Shown here: in pieces, positions 35,608-44,922 of the stretch | Numbering within the stretch: position 1 is the stretch's first letter | Layout of the letters: each line of letters opens with the position of its first letter | Virus record (IMG/VR): IMGVR_UViG_3300044796_000656 | Length of the DNA stretch: 64,000 nt | Reading direction: 5' to 3' (one strand) | Source: a virus | Lineage: Duplodnaviria > Heunggongvirae > Uroviricota > Caudoviricetes | The notes under the pieces: generated by a model | Seen by the model: only the letters and a program-made list of their open reading frames with translations | The model's database searches: none | Told to the model about the DNA's origin: nothing | Position numbers and translations under genes: made by a program

Positions 35608-36170
35608 TTACGAGTTATCCCAACGCAACCTTTACGATCTCGGAGTTTTACCACTTCAACCATTGGGGCGGCCGCAAGGAAGCCATGCGGGCGCGAGGCG
35701 CGCGCAAGAAGCAGTTAGAGTCCCTGGGTTGGACGGATATCAGGATCAGCACGAATGGAAGCGCGTACAGCGATCTTGGCCAGTACTGCTATATCAGCGC
35801 CCAGCGTCCGATTGCCGCAGAAGTTCTATTCAGACCGATCAGTCATACATCGGACGGGGCTAATGTTACCCGTGTCATGCCGGATCGAATACCGACTCTT
35901 CCCGAAGGCCCCTGGCGTCCAGACTTCAGTCATTGCGAGTTGAGTTTATACACGCATAACGAAGAACGCGGGCCGTACATTGCGCTGAATGTCGATCTGA
36001 CCCGAAAGCATTACCATGATCGGGGCCACGAAGAATCATCCGATGGGTCATATCACATTTCGTGGGCCGACTGGAAGCGTGGAGTCCGTACCTGTATGGG
36101 ATTGCAGGATCAGTTGGTGGACTTCACGATCGCCACGAATTACCGCGCCGAGATGCAGAAAACAGCATGA
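35604..36170 (+). CDS. hypothetical protein
   Basis: 188 aa. Confidence 0.5.
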   Translation: MITSYPNATFTISEFYHFNHWGGRKEAMRARGARKKQLESLGWTDIRISTNGSAYSDLGQYCYISAQRPIAAEVLFRPISHTSDGANVTRVMPDRIPTLPEGPWRPDFSHCELSLYTHNEERGPYIALNVDLTRKHYHDRGHEESSDGSYHISWADWKRGVRTCMGLQDQLVDFTIATNYRAEMQKTA

Positions 36171-36631
36171 TTATTGAATTACAGGAAGTCGTCTTTGATC
36201 AGCGTGTCCGGGGGATGTGCCGACTGGCGTACTCGAATCATCCCAAGGGCTGTCCTAACTTCAAGCACAAGAACGGCTGTCCGCCGGATTGTCCGCCATT
36301 TTCGTTAGATCCTCCGTGGTTTGCGATCGTCAACGAATTTGACTTTGCCGCGCACGTCGAGCGCATGCGGGGAATGCATCCGGTCTGGTCGAAACGCCAA
36401 CTGGAATGTTGCTTATACTGGCAACCGATGGCTCGTAAAGACCTGTCTGTCGAGATCAAACGATTCCTCCAGGAACATCCGGGCTTGATTATTGACCGTT
36501 GCCCGGAAGCTGGAGGTGTCAACGTAACCGATACCCTGAAAAGAGTCGGGATCGTTCTGGAATGGCCGCCCGTAAACATAGCACGGCAGGTGGTCTTCGG
36601 AGGAACGCCCAGCCTACGCCCTCTTGCGTGA
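36167..36631 (+). CDS. hypothetical protein
   Basis: ATGA overlap. 154 aa. Confidence 0.5.
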   Translation: MIIELQEVVFDQRVRGMCRLAYSNHPKGCPNFKHKNGCPPDCPPFSLDPPWFAIVNEFDFAAHVERMRGMHPVWSKRQLECCLYWQPMARKDLSVEIKRFLQEHPGLIIDRCPEAGGVNVTDTLKRVGIVLEWPPVNIARQVVFGGTPSLRPLA

Positions 36632-37003
36632 TGCGACAGTTTTCTGTTGTTCACGCTCGTACAACTTGGCGATCGTGGCTATGACGTGTTCGCGCGTTCC
36701 GTCGCTTAGGGATGCCAATTGGATAATCGTGTCGAACATTCCGGCAAAGACGGAATCAATCTGTTCCTGAGACCAGGTTTCCTCGACTGTAATCCTGAGT
36801 AAAAGCGTGGGAGGCAGATCGAGAGCTTTGGAGACGGCCGCGAGCCGTTCAATGCTGAACCGGCGCGCACCAGACTCTACCATCCAGACATAGTCCAAGG
36901 AACCAAGTCCGATTTCACGGGCGAGATCGTACTGGCTCATACCCTTGGCTTCTCTATGGGCTTTAATGATTGCAGGGACCTGTGATTTCAGTTTCCTTAC
37001 CAT
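36614..37003 (-). CDS. XRE-family helix-turn-helix transcriptional regulator
   Basis: HTH reads MSQYDLAREIGLGSLDYVWMVESG. This is the only minus-strand gene in the window, divergent from the gene at 37058. Confidence 0.65.
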   Translation of the reverse strand: MVRKLKSQVPAIIKAHREAKGMSQYDLAREIGLGSLDYVWMVESGARRFSIERLAAVSKALDLPPTLLLRITVEETWSQEQIDSVFAGMFDTIIQLASLSDGTREHVIATIAKLYEREQQKTVASRKRA

Positions 37004-37049
37004 AAGTAAGGTGATTGTAGTACGGGTCACGTGAGTAGCGCAACAGGAG

Positions 37050-37063
37050 ATTTGTACATGACC
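37050..37063. promoter_or_regulatory. ATTTGTACATG box, copy 1, in the divergent promoter region
   Basis: ATTTGTACATGACC. A near-identical ATTTGTACATGGTC lies at 37360..37373. Confidence 0.4.
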
Positions 37064-37318
37064 GATAAACCGAGTTTAATGTCGTGGCATTTCAATGCCG
37101 GCGGCGAAGAAGGCAAAACATTGGGGATTTGTATGCGCGTTAAGGCTTATACCCCAGAAGAAGCAGTTGCGAAGGCAAATGCATTCCTGAAGGATTTTCC
37201 GGAAGGAAGTGATCTGTGCCTCGATGAACATGAAGATGATATCGAGTACGCGACCATCTATCTTTATCCGCAACTGACCGAGAAGGATATCGACGACTCT
37301 GAAATCTACGTCGAGTAA
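37058..37318 (+). CDS. hypothetical protein
   Basis: CAGGAGA RBS. 86 aa. Confidence 0.5.
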   Translation: MTDKPSLMSWHFNAGGEEGKTLGICMRVKAYTPEEAVAKANAFLKDFPEGSDLCLDEHEDDIEYATIYLYPQLTEKDIDDSEIYVE

Positions 37319-37359
37319 TTTCTATATTTCAATTCAATAGGCCAATGTACCTCAGGACC

Positions 37360-37373
37360 ATTTGTACATGGTC
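37360..37373. promoter_or_regulatory. ATTTGTACATG box, copy 2
   Basis: Second copy of the 11-nt core, with a partial AATGTACC half-site just upstream. Confidence 0.4.
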
Positions 37374-37437
37374 GTTGGGGTGTTTTTACGTTGCGCCTTA
37401 CCGCTAGTGAGGCTACTCTGATTTTGCCTTACTGCAA

Positions 37438-39882
37438 GTGAGGAATGGAACGATGACGGAAAACATGCGAGCAACGCTCATCAAGGTTCACTGGGAAGCT
37501 CCGGACAATCCTTGGAGGGTCTGTTCTCTGCGCGAAGTTACGGCTTCGGGTACCTGTGGACAGAGATTCAAGGGAGTCGGGGAGATTCCCAATGTCGATC
37601 TTGATGAGGTGTTGAACCTGAAAGGCGAATGGGGTCCTGATACCCGTAGTGGACTGCCAGGCGCCCTGCAATTCAATGTTGCCGTCGCCGCCAGGGAGAC
37701 TCCAACGTCTCCGGAAGGCATCGTCAAATGGTTCGGCCGCCGGGTAAAGGGTATCGGGCCGGCAAAGGCGGAACGGATTTCCAGTTACTTTGGACTGGAA
37801 CTCCCGCGCGTCCTCGATGAGGAACCCTCCCGGCTTCTGGAAGTAAAGGGAATCACGCTAAACATGGTGTCCCAGATCCAAAAAGCCTGGTCGTCTGACA
37901 GGGTCATGGTTCAGATCGAGACATTTCTGGCCGAAAATGACGTCAATCCTGACGTCTGGGGCAAGAAGGTATTCGACCGGTTCGGCGGAGCATCCATCGA
38001 AATCCTAAAGCGTAATCCGTATCGGTTTACCGAGATTGATGGAATCGGTTTTCGTAAAGCCGACGAAATTGCAATGCGTATAGGGTTCTCGAAGACCTCT
38101 CCGCAACGCATCGATGCCGCGTTTATTCACATCTTGAACGAGGCGACGAATGACGGACACGTCTTCCTGCACATGGGTCAGTTGGTGGACCGGGTTTCGG
38201 ATCTTGCCGGCAACGACGAGAATTCCCAGGAGTTGCACGGTGACGGTACTCCATTGTCGATCCATCAGCATCTTCCCAGGCACATCGTCGAGCGAGCCCT
38301 GGAAGAATCCGTGAAACGTGGTGATCTTTACGAAGACCGGCACGTTCTCAACGGAACAACGTATGTGCTGGAATATCTTCGGAAGCTCTACACCGCCGAG
38401 TCGAAACTGGCCGAGCGCATCGTGGAATTACTGGAAGTTCCAGCTCGTACCGTTGGCGGCATCCCTGCATTGATCGCCGAGGCCGAGCGCGTTCTGGAAA
38501 TCGAATTAGATGACCAGCAGCGTAAGGCGGTGATCGCTGCCATGCTGAATTCGTTTTCGATCATTACCGGCGGCCCCGGAACGGGCAAGTCCACCATCAC
38601 CAAGGTCATCCTCTATTGTATGGAGAAGTCGGGATGGCGGGTAAAGTTGGCGGCTCCGACCGGCCGCGCGGCCAAGCGCCTGACCGAAGTGACATCTCAT
38701 CCGGCCCAGACGGTCCATAAGTTATTGGACTACGACCCGAAGCGTAACAAGTTCCAGCGCAATCGGAGTAACCCGCTGGAATGCGAGGCCCTCGGCTTCG
38801 ATGAATGGTCGATGGGTGATACCGAACTGACGCATTACGCAATGGAAGCGGTCCCGACCAACTGCCACGTATTTCTCTTGGGTGATGTTGATCAACTTCC
38901 GTCCGTTGGGCCTGGTATGGTACTTCGCGATCTGATCGCGAGCAAACATATCCCGGTCACGCGGCTGGACAAGATCTTTCGGCAGGCCGAAGGCTCGATG
39001 ATCATTCAGAACGCCCACAAGATCCGCCGCGGCGAACATCCTCAGTTCCTTTCTCGCGGCGAAGTCTCCGACTGTTTCATGATGCCCGTTCCCCGGAAGC
39101 TGGAAGGAAAGAAATCAGTCGAGGACGTTGAATACGTGCATCGGATGCTGGCGAAGATGTGCCAGGAGAATATCCCTCAGAAGTATCACCTGGACCCCAT
39201 CAAAGACATTCAAGTGCTGGCTCCCATGAAGAAGGGAACGGCCGGGGTTTACGAACTGAACAAAGTCCTTCAGGAGGCACTCAATCCCAACGGGGAAGTC
39301 CTGAAGTTCGGCAAACGTGAATTCCGCAAAGGCGACCGGGTCATGATCTTCAAGAACAACTATGACTTGGACACCTTCAACGGAGACATCGGTTTCGTAC
39401 AGGAGATCGTCGAACTGCCTAAAGTAGACGATAAGCCGGAAACGGCCGAAGTCCAGGAATCCCTCGGCCTCGATACTCCCCTGGAACCTGTTGCGCCGAA
39501 GATGGAGAAGTTTCTGAAGCTCATCATCGACGATCGGGAGGTTTTCTATCCCGACAAACTAGCCGACGATATCCAGCTCGCGTATTGCCAGACGATTCAC
39601 AAATCCCAGGGCAGTGAGTTTAAGGCCGTAATCCTCGTACTTCTAGGGCAGCACTACACGATGCTGGAGCGCAACTTGATCTACACGGCGCTGACGCGCG
39701 CCAGGGAGATGTGTTTGTTTCTGGCCTCGAAGTCGGCTCTGGAGATGGCCGTTACTCGTTGTCAGACCAAAGACAGGAACAGCTTTCTTGGTTCCAGGAT
39801 TAAGTTGGCAACCCGGCAAATGCAGACCGCGGCTTCGGTATTTGCAATACCAACACAGCTTGAAATGTCAGGAGATTACTGA
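37438..39882 (+). CDS. RecD/TraA-like SF1 DNA helicase
   Basis: Walker A ITGGPGTGKST. Q-motif QTIHKSQGSEF. TALTRARE. N-terminal helix-hairpin-helix-like region. Confidence 0.85.
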   Translation: MRNGTMTENMRATLIKVHWEAPDNPWRVCSLREVTASGTCGQRFKGVGEIPNVDLDEVLNLKGEWGPDTRSGLPGALQFNVAVAARETPTSPEGIVKWFGRRVKGIGPAKAERISSYFGLELPRVLDEEPSRLLEVKGITLNMVSQIQKAWSSDRVMVQIETFLAENDVNPDVWGKKVFDRFGGASIEILKRNPYRFTEIDGIGFRKADEIAMRIGFSKTSPQRIDAAFIHILNEATNDGHVFLHMGQLVDRVSDLAGNDENSQELHGDGTPLSIHQHLPRHIVERALEESVKRGDLYEDRHVLNGTTYVLEYLRKLYTAESKLAERIVELLEVPARTVGGIPALIAEAERVLEIELDDQQRKAVIAAMLNSFSIITGGPGTGKSTITKVILYCMEKSGWRVKLAAPTGRAAKRLTEVTSHPAQTVHKLLDYDPKRNKFQRNRSNPLECEALGFDEWSMGDTELTHYAMEAVPTNCHVFLLGDVDQLPSVGPGMVLRDLIASKHIPVTRLDKIFRQAEGSMIIQNAHKIRRGEHPQFLSRGEVSDCFMMPVPRKLEGKKSVEDVEYVHRMLAKMCQENIPQKYHLDPIKDIQVLAPMKKGTAGVYELNKVLQEALNPNGEVLKFGKREFRKGDRVMIFKNNYDLDTFNGDIGFVQEIVELPKVDDKPETAEVQESLGLDTPLEPVAPKMEKFLKLIIDDREVFYPDKLADDIQLAYCQTIHKSQGSEFKAVILVLLGQHYTMLERNLIYTALTRAREMCLFLASKSALEMAVTRCQTKDRNSFLGSRIKLATRQMQTAASVFAIPTQLEMSGDY

Positions 39883-40265
39883 TGCCTGCACTGTTGAAGG
39901 GCATTACCCACGTCATCATTCAGACGGCACAGAGCCTCCAGATTGCTAAGGAGACGGGAGTCTATGCGATCGCTGAGTTGTGTTTTGGCCCCGGAGACCA
40001 GAACACGATTGCTCAAGTTGAATACAAGCAATTAAAGGACGGTAAATCGATGTCCTGGCAGTTGCCTGTAAAGACGGTTGAGCGTGATGGCAAGAACGTG
40101 CAACTTCCAATCTTTACCGGGGAACTCATGCTGGAACTGTCGAATCTGGCAGCTCAGGCCATGGCCCGAATCAAGAAAGAGTTGGAGCCTCCGAAAACCA
40201 ACGGAAAGACCTACAGGGTAACAAAGAAGAAGGTGGAGGACATCACCAACGGAGAGGCCCCATGA
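39882..40265 (+). CDS. hypothetical protein
   Basis: 127 aa. Confidence 0.5.
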   Translation: MPALLKGITHVIIQTAQSLQIAKETGVYAIAELCFGPGDQNTIAQVEYKQLKDGKSMSWQLPVKTVERDGKNVQLPIFTGELMLELSNLAAQAMARIKKELEPPKTNGKTYRVTKKKVEDITNGEAP

Positions 40266-40543
40266 AGTTCGCGCAACAGCGATACGACCTCACTTGGGTT
40301 GTCACCATTCCAGGAGATCCTGATGCCCGTGAACAACTGACGTACACCGGTTGTGATATCGGTCTGCTGTTCCGCGATAAGGATTTTCAGCAGAAGGCGA
40401 TTACGAGTGTCATTGAACGGCTGGACCGGAGGGTTCAGAAACCGGTCGCCGTTCGGGATTCAGGAGAGAACATTCTTGACGGGGAGGTGACGGAGATCCA
40501 ACGTGATCCGCCGCTGCACTGGCCTCCGGGCGAGCCCGTTTAA
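40262..40543 (+). CDS. hypothetical protein
   Basis: 93 aa. Confidence 0.5.
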   Translation: MKFAQQRYDLTWVVTIPGDPDAREQLTYTGCDIGLLFRDKDFQQKAITSVIERLDRRVQKPVAVRDSGENILDGEVTEIQRDPPLHWPPGEPV

Positions 40544-40599
40544 CAGTTAACGATTGTAAGTAATCTCTTGAAGTACTGAATACCTGAGGGAGACATAGG

Positions 40600-40980
40600 G
40601 TGAAATACAGGGTAATTTCCGAATACGAGTTTGATGTGGCTTCCCCTTCGGAAGCTGCTTTCCTGGCCTATAAGGCGTCGAAGTCCATGGCTATTTCAGA
40701 TGCCAGTTTCAGTGTCTTGTCCGACATGGAACGCTTCGAGCGTGTCACGGTAGCGCAAAGCGCACCGTTTGAGATGCTTACAGACCGCGAGCACCAGGTT
40801 GCAAAACTGGTCATGAGCGGAGCTGATAACGCCAGCATTGCAGGTGAACTGGGCATTACTTGTAGGACAGTCAAGGCCCATGTCGCGCACATGTTCGACA
40901 AACTGGGTGTACCAAACCGGGTGTCGATGGCGACACTTCTACTGAGGGCTCATCGGAAAAGTCAGGTGGTGGCTCAATGA
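40600..40980 (+). CDS. LuxR-type HTH regulator
   Basis: C-terminal HTH LTDREHQVAKLVMSGADNASIAGELGITCRTVKAHV. GTG start. Confidence 0.7.
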   Translation: MKYRVISEYEFDVASPSEAAFLAYKASKSMAISDASFSVLSDMERFERVTVAQSAPFEMLTDREHQVAKLVMSGADNASIAGELGITCRTVKAHVAHMFDKLGVPNRVSMATLLLRAHRKSQVVAQ

Positions 40981-41201
40981 GCGCCCTGGCTACCCTTACC
41001 AACCGTCAACGTCAAGTAGCAGACCTCATCAAGGAAGGTCACGGCAACAGGCAGATTGCCGAGAAGCTCAACTTGAAACCCATGGTGGTCAAGAACTATC
41101 TGCGCGGGGTGTACGACAAATTGGGCGTGTTTGATCGCCTGGAGTTGGCGGTTTACATGGTCAACCACGAAGAACCGGAATCGTGCGGCGGTATGGAATA
41201 G
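40977..41201 (+). CDS. stand-alone LuxR/GerE-type HTH protein
   Basis: LTNRQRQVADLIKEGHGNRQIAEKLNLKPMVVKNYL. Confidence 0.7.
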   Translation: MSALATLTNRQRQVADLIKEGHGNRQIAEKLNLKPMVVKNYLRGVYDKLGVFDRLELAVYMVNHEEPESCGGME

Positions 41202-41459
41202 ACATACGCAGGGTGACGTAAGGACGCGATTGACTCTCGCGTCGAGTACCAGCGGACGATGCCGACCGTTTGAGCGGGTGTGGTGCCCGTTCCGCATCGG
41301 ATAGCCGTCGAGAGACGGTCAACAATCCCGGCTTAATATCCCAAAGGCCACGGGGAAGGACTCCGCGAGGCAGTCATCAGGTTGGAAGAACCAGCCAGCA
41401 GGAAGTTAGTCCTGCCCGCGCGCTTTGGTTCGTGATCCCAGAAAAGGAACAATGCAGTT

Positions 41460-41645
41460 ATGCCAATGTACGACTTTACCTGTACTTCGTGTCTGAAGAC
41501 CTTCGAGAAGATCGTCTCTTCGTATGACACGAAAACCACAACCTGCCCGCATTGCGAAGGAACAGCCGATCGAGTGCCCGGAATCATGGCCCCCGGCTCG
41601 AAGCGACATGTCGGGGTCTACTTCAATTACATGGTGGAGGATTAA
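41460..41645 (+). CDS. FmdB-family zinc-ribbon protein
   Basis: MPMYDFTCTSC...CPHCEG. Confidence 0.6.
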   Translation: MPMYDFTCTSCLKTFEKIVSSYDTKTTTCPHCEGTADRVPGIMAPGSKRHVGVYFNYMVED

Positions 41646-41647
41646 AC

Positions 41648-42430
41648 ATGAGTACACAGGGACAGACCGCAGTCTCGGACGTTTTGCCGGGAGTACTGCT
41701 TCCGTCGCCGACCGAAGCGCCACTGACTTCAAAGCAGATCGATTGTGATGTGGTAGCCGGACAGAGATTTCCGGATAGTGTCATTGCGATTTGCCAACGG
41801 CCGATTCCCCGAGAAGCTCTGAAAGATGCGCCGCGCGGGATGACCTCGATCAAGTCGATTTTTATCACCGAACGCCTGAATGAGGCGTTTGGCATGGGTC
41901 GCTGGGAGGAACGTTCCCAGATCATCGAGCGCAACGGCAAAGACGTTGTTGTCAGGCTGGAACTGGTTCTGCTCGATTACCCGTGGTTCCGTAGCGAAGC
42001 CTTTGGTGGCAATAACAACGCCGACCTGGGTGACGCGTACAAGGGCGCTTGCACGGATGCCCTGAGCAAGATCGCCGCCACGAAGCTGGAGATCGGGATC
42101 GCCGTCTACAAGGGCGAGGGCGTGGCCGCCGCGGCCAAAGCCGAGAAGGCCGATGCCGAAGCGGAAAAAAAGGCCGCGGACGAAAAGAAGAAGGCGGCTG
42201 CTGCACAAACCGAAACGGATCGCGGAACAGTTGCCAATCCACCGCCGTGCTTCGATTGCAAGAAGCCGATCCAGACCTGGGTCCATCCGACGAACAACAA
42301 GCGTTACGACGCCGCGGATCTCACCAAGAACTCGCAGAAGAAGTACCAGTGCGACCTCTGCGGTGAGTGCCAGACCACGCGCGCGGTTGCCCTGAAGAAG
42401 AAGTCAGGGCTGGAAGAGCGCACTCAGTAA
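41648..42430 (+). CDS. Rad52/Sak-like single-strand annealing protein with C-terminal zinc finger
   Basis: NEAFGMGRWEE and GDAYKGACTDALSKIAATKLEIGIAVY match Rad52-family motifs. Ala/Lys/Glu-rich linker. C-terminal CFDC...CDLCGEC. Confidence 0.6.
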   Translation: MSTQGQTAVSDVLPGVLLPSPTEAPLTSKQIDCDVVAGQRFPDSVIAICQRPIPREALKDAPRGMTSIKSIFITERLNEAFGMGRWEERSQIIERNGKDVVVRLELVLLDYPWFRSEAFGGNNNADLGDAYKGACTDALSKIAATKLEIGIAVYKGEGVAAAAKAEKADAEAEKKAADEKKKAAAAQTETDRGTVANPPPCFDCKKPIQTWVHPTNNKRYDAADLTKNSQKKYQCDLCGECQTTRAVALKKKSGLEERTQ

Positions 42431-42463
42431 CCCAATCCCGGAGGCGGGATATTCCGCCTCCGG

Positions 42464-42661
42464 TTGGAGATAGGAGTCATTATGCCGAGTTTTCGCATAG
42501 CAGTGACGACCGAGGCTTATGTTAAGGCCACGATTCCGGTTGAGGCGGAGACTCACGCGGAAGCCCTCGTAAAAGCCTGTGAACAGGCCAAGAAGACGCC
42601 TGGAGATTTCGTTTGGGAATATGACGGACTCCGGGACGGAGCGACTTTCGTCGCGGATTAA
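42464..42661 (+). CDS. hypothetical protein
   Basis: 65 aa. Confidence 0.45.
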   Translation: MEIGVIMPSFRIAVTTEAYVKATIPVEAETHAEALVKACEQAKKTPGDFVWEYDGLRDGATFVAD

Positions 42662-42672
42662 GGAGAACTCCA

Positions 42673-44010
42673 TTGAGAGTAAAAGTAGAAGTGGGTACTC
42701 TGCGCGACGCCGTCGAGCAGGCCCGTGCCACGATCGACAACACCATCCCGACCTTCGCCGGCCTCTATCTTGAGGCTTCCCATGCCACGAATGGCAATGG
42801 CCGAATTCGGGTCTATTCCCAGAAACCCTGCGCTCGTATGCTGGTCGCCATCCCGGCTGAAGTCGAAGTCGAGGGCCGTGTAGTGATCCGGTCGGACCAG
42901 TTATTGACTGGTCTCAAGGGTCACAGTTCCAGCGACTTGGTTGGTCTTACGTTGGTTCAGAGTCAAAAACAGGGAGACAAGAAAGAAGACGGTGGCCGAC
43001 TGTCCGGGGTTGTGAATAATCGTTCCCGGTTTAAGTGCGCCGTTCTTACCGGAGCGTCGCTGTTTGCCGACCAGATCGCCAAACTCCCGCTCAACGGCAC
43101 CAACGGTTCGAAGTTCAACGCCACCATCCTCGCGGATGTCATCAAGAAAGTGGCATGGTGTGCAAACTCCAGCGAGATCAACAAGAGCGTCATCGACTCT
43201 TTGGGATTCAAGCGTACGGAGCATGGGTTCCGGGTGTACGCAACCGACGGTTTTATCGCCGCGCGCGTTTCCGTGAACACGGATCTTTACCCGGAAGAGA
43301 TGACCATCCCCAGACTTCCGCTGGAATTGTTGCAGAAGATCCTCGGCAAGCATTCTGCTGCCGAGATCTCGGTCATTAAGGGAAATGTTGCCGGCGGGGA
43401 ATACCGGGAACTCTACTTTAAGATGGACGAGTTATTTTATGGCGCGTCCACATCCAGCCAGGTCATGCCCAACATCGAGACGGTGTTCCTGGACGAAAAC
43501 CGGATGCCTACGAGAAAGGTGATCGTATCCCGGAACTTGCTTCAGGACATGCTCGGGCGTCTCGTCGGATTTGCCGACAAAGCGGCGCCGGTCATTCACT
43601 TTTCGTTGCTGGATGACAACCTGAAGCTATCGACCGCCAGTGCGGATGGGGACTGCGAAGAAGAGTTTCCGATCGCCTACACTGGCGACAGCAAGTACAA
43701 AACCGGGGAGACGGAAGTCTCGATCGGTTATGCCTTCATTCACAAGTTCCTTTCGGCGATTTCAAACGACCTGATCACGCTGGGATTCCGTGATGAGGTA
43801 AGTCCGATGACCGTGTCCGACGAAGGCAACGACGACATCAACACCCGGTACATCATCATGTGCATCCGTCCGAAGGCCGAAGTGCCTCCGATGCCGGACG
43901 CACCGGTGGTTGTAGCGGTAGCGGTGGCGGTTGTACCCCCGGTCGCAGAGGAAAAAGCCAATGAAGAACAAGACGATGAAATTCCTTTTCCGACAGATGT
44001 TGGGGCCTGA
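42673..44010 (+). CDS. putative DNA polymerase sliding clamp (beta/DnaN-like) with Pro-rich C-terminal extension ending ..DDEIPFPTDVGA
   Basis: TTG start. The N-terminal pattern (VKVEVGTLRDAVEQARATIDNTIPTFAGLYLEAS..GRIRVYSQ) resembles the DnaN domain 1 layout. This is an inference; I see no single diagnostic motif. Confidence 0.45.
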   Translation: MRVKVEVGTLRDAVEQARATIDNTIPTFAGLYLEASHATNGNGRIRVYSQKPCARMLVAIPAEVEVEGRVVIRSDQLLTGLKGHSSSDLVGLTLVQSQKQGDKKEDGGRLSGVVNNRSRFKCAVLTGASLFADQIAKLPLNGTNGSKFNATILADVIKKVAWCANSSEINKSVIDSLGFKRTEHGFRVYATDGFIAARVSVNTDLYPEEMTIPRLPLELLQKILGKHSAAEISVIKGNVAGGEYRELYFKMDELFYGASTSSQVMPNIETVFLDENRMPTRKVIVSRNLLQDMLGRLVGFADKAAPVIHFSLLDDNLKLSTASADGDCEEEFPIAYTGDSKYKTGETEVSIGYAFIHKFLSAISNDLITLGFRDEVSPMTVSDEGNDDINTRYIIMCIRPKAEVPPMPDAPVVVAVAVAVVPPVAEEKANEEQDDEIPFPTDVGA

Positions 44011-44137
44011 GTTTTGGCTTCTGGTCGTGATCGGCGTATTGATCTATTACCTGTTCATGTGGAGGATGAGCCTGCGGGAGCGCATCCTCTGCATGGCGGG
44101 TGAGTTCGCCAAGGGGGCGATGAGACATGCAATTTAG
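43961..44137 (+). CDS. small membrane protein
   Basis: One TM helix. Confidence 0.35.
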   Translation: MKNKTMKFLFRQMLGPEFWLLVVIGVLIYYLFMWRMSLRERILCMAGEFAKGAMRHAI

Positions 44138-44822
44138 TCTGATGCTGGAGACAGAGACAACGTCGGAGACGGTCGCAGACGTGATCAAAGAGTTGCGGCA
44201 GGGACCATGTACCCGGTGTCATCTTTGTGTTCTGCATCCGAACAATCGGGGCACCATGTACCGCGGCAATCCCAACGCCAAGATTGCGGTCGTCGATATC
44301 GCCCCGGGCGATACGGAAATGACTCAGGGCCTGCCCCTGATTGGATCGGGAGGCCAGGAGTTCGAGAAGTGGATGCGTTACCTGGCGATTGATACCCGCA
44401 ATGACATCTTTGCGACGCAGGTCATCCACTGTCAGCCGCCTCGGAAGAAAGCAAAAGACGGACGATACGAACAGCAGGAACCCGACAAAGACGAAATCGC
44501 CGCTTGCTGGTATCCCCGCACGGTGCGCATCTTGAAAGCCATGATGAATCTGGAGTGCATCATCACTTTGGGTTGGCCGGCGGCAAAGGCTGTACTCGGG
44601 ACTGATGTGATCGCCAAGACCCATGAAGGTCGCTGGTTCGTCACTGACTTGATCCCGAAGGTGGCTGTGTTTTGTCTATCTCATCCGGATACATGTCTGG
44701 TTGATCCTACTCCCGAAAAGAAGGGTAGAATCCAAGGCGTTCTTGATTGTTTCCGCCGAGAATATCTCATCTCCCGCAAAGTCGTGAAGATCGCTCGCGA
44801 AACCATTATCCCCATTCAATAG
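44127..44822 (+). CDS. uracil-DNA glycosylase, family 4-like
   Basis: CTRCHLC cluster. GNPNAKIAVVDIAPGDTE...GLPLIGSGGQEF matches the GEGP..A..MFVGEAPG...G.PFVG pattern. Confidence 0.7.
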   Translation: MQFSLMLETETTSETVADVIKELRQGPCTRCHLCVLHPNNRGTMYRGNPNAKIAVVDIAPGDTEMTQGLPLIGSGGQEFEKWMRYLAIDTRNDIFATQVIHCQPPRKKAKDGRYEQQEPDKDEIAACWYPRTVRILKAMMNLECIITLGWPAAKAVLGTDVIAKTHEGRWFVTDLIPKVAVFCLSHPDTCLVDPTPEKKGRIQGVLDCFRREYLISRKVVKIARETIIPIQ

Positions 44823-44922
44823 GTACAACGTCCCAGAGTGACGCTTCGGGATTCCCACAGATTGTGTATTGTGGGTTTTCGACGCCTCACTGTCTGTGAG
44901 GACTGCAAAGGAAGGACTGTCG

